From the IMG/VR virus record IMGVR_UViG_2597490201_000002, positions 1 to 64,000 of that record: 64,000 nt of DNA; one strand, written 5' to 3'. The position numbers and the translations under genes are program-made. Below are positions 63,875-64,000 of the stretch, one piece after another. The DNA comes from a virus. Taxonomy: Duplodnaviria > Caudoviricetes. The notes beneath the pieces were generated by a model. It had not been told where the DNA came from, searched no databases, and saw only the letters and a program-made list of their open reading frames with translations. Position 1 is the first letter of the stretch, and each line of letters begins with the position of its first letter.

Positions 63875-64000
63875 ATGGGCTTCATTTTTCAGATCATCAT
63901 TGGGCTGGTTCTCAGCCTCGCATCGACGCTTATCCAGTCGATGTTCCAGCAGGACCAGAAGCAGAAAGTCCCTGGCGTCCGTGGGTCGATCCAGACCGGC
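63875..64000 (+). CDS. Tail tip / host-specificity protein, 5' part (truncated)
   Basis: MGFIFQIIIGLVLSLASTLIQ... runs off the window. Confidence 0.5.
   Translation, partial: MGFIFQIIIGLVLSLASTLIQSMFQQDQKQKVPGVRGSIQTG

Larger units (their letters stand above)
26296..64000. mobile_element. Prophage element 2 (early-left, immunity, replication, packaging, head, siphovirus tail; continues past window)
   Basis: Second CI/Cro pair with its own operators, replication initiator, terminase, capsid, portal, tail tube and tape measure. Confidence 0.8.

Overview
The whole window is temperate-phage (prophage) DNA from a high-GC alphaproteobacterium, inferred from a GAAC-N7-GAAC LexA box, GapR-like genes and GTA-like tail genes. 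It looks like two lambdoid early regions placed in tandem. Element 1 (~1-26.3 kb) has an integrase/excisionase, a leftward recombination operon, CI/Cro switch 1, RuvC, SSB, three methyltransferases and a primase-helicase, but no virion genes. Element 2 (~26.3-64 kb) has a second leftward operon without an integrase, CI/Cro switch 2 with a different operator, two more methyltransferases, an initiator with iterons, and HNH-terminase-head-siphovirus tail genes running off the right edge. The most striking observation is at 11.2-12.2 kb: a stand-alone 190-aa Cas7/RAMP-like gene with no other cas genes and no CRISPR array. It is flanked by four non-coding tracts of strict 5-nt periodicity (a near-constant CGC-type triplet alternating with variable dinucleotides). 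Three of the tracts sit in ~130-nt units with conserved hairpin and end motifs. This is a candidate RNA-guided system using a gapped, non-contiguous guide code. Other notable items are a phage-encoded acyl carrier protein, a PemK toxin followed by a structured RNA, an SOS-boxed moron operon, a nested alternative-frame ORF inside a C5 methyltransferase, and a -1 tail-chaperone frameshift. All assignments come from motif recognition by eye; no searches were run.
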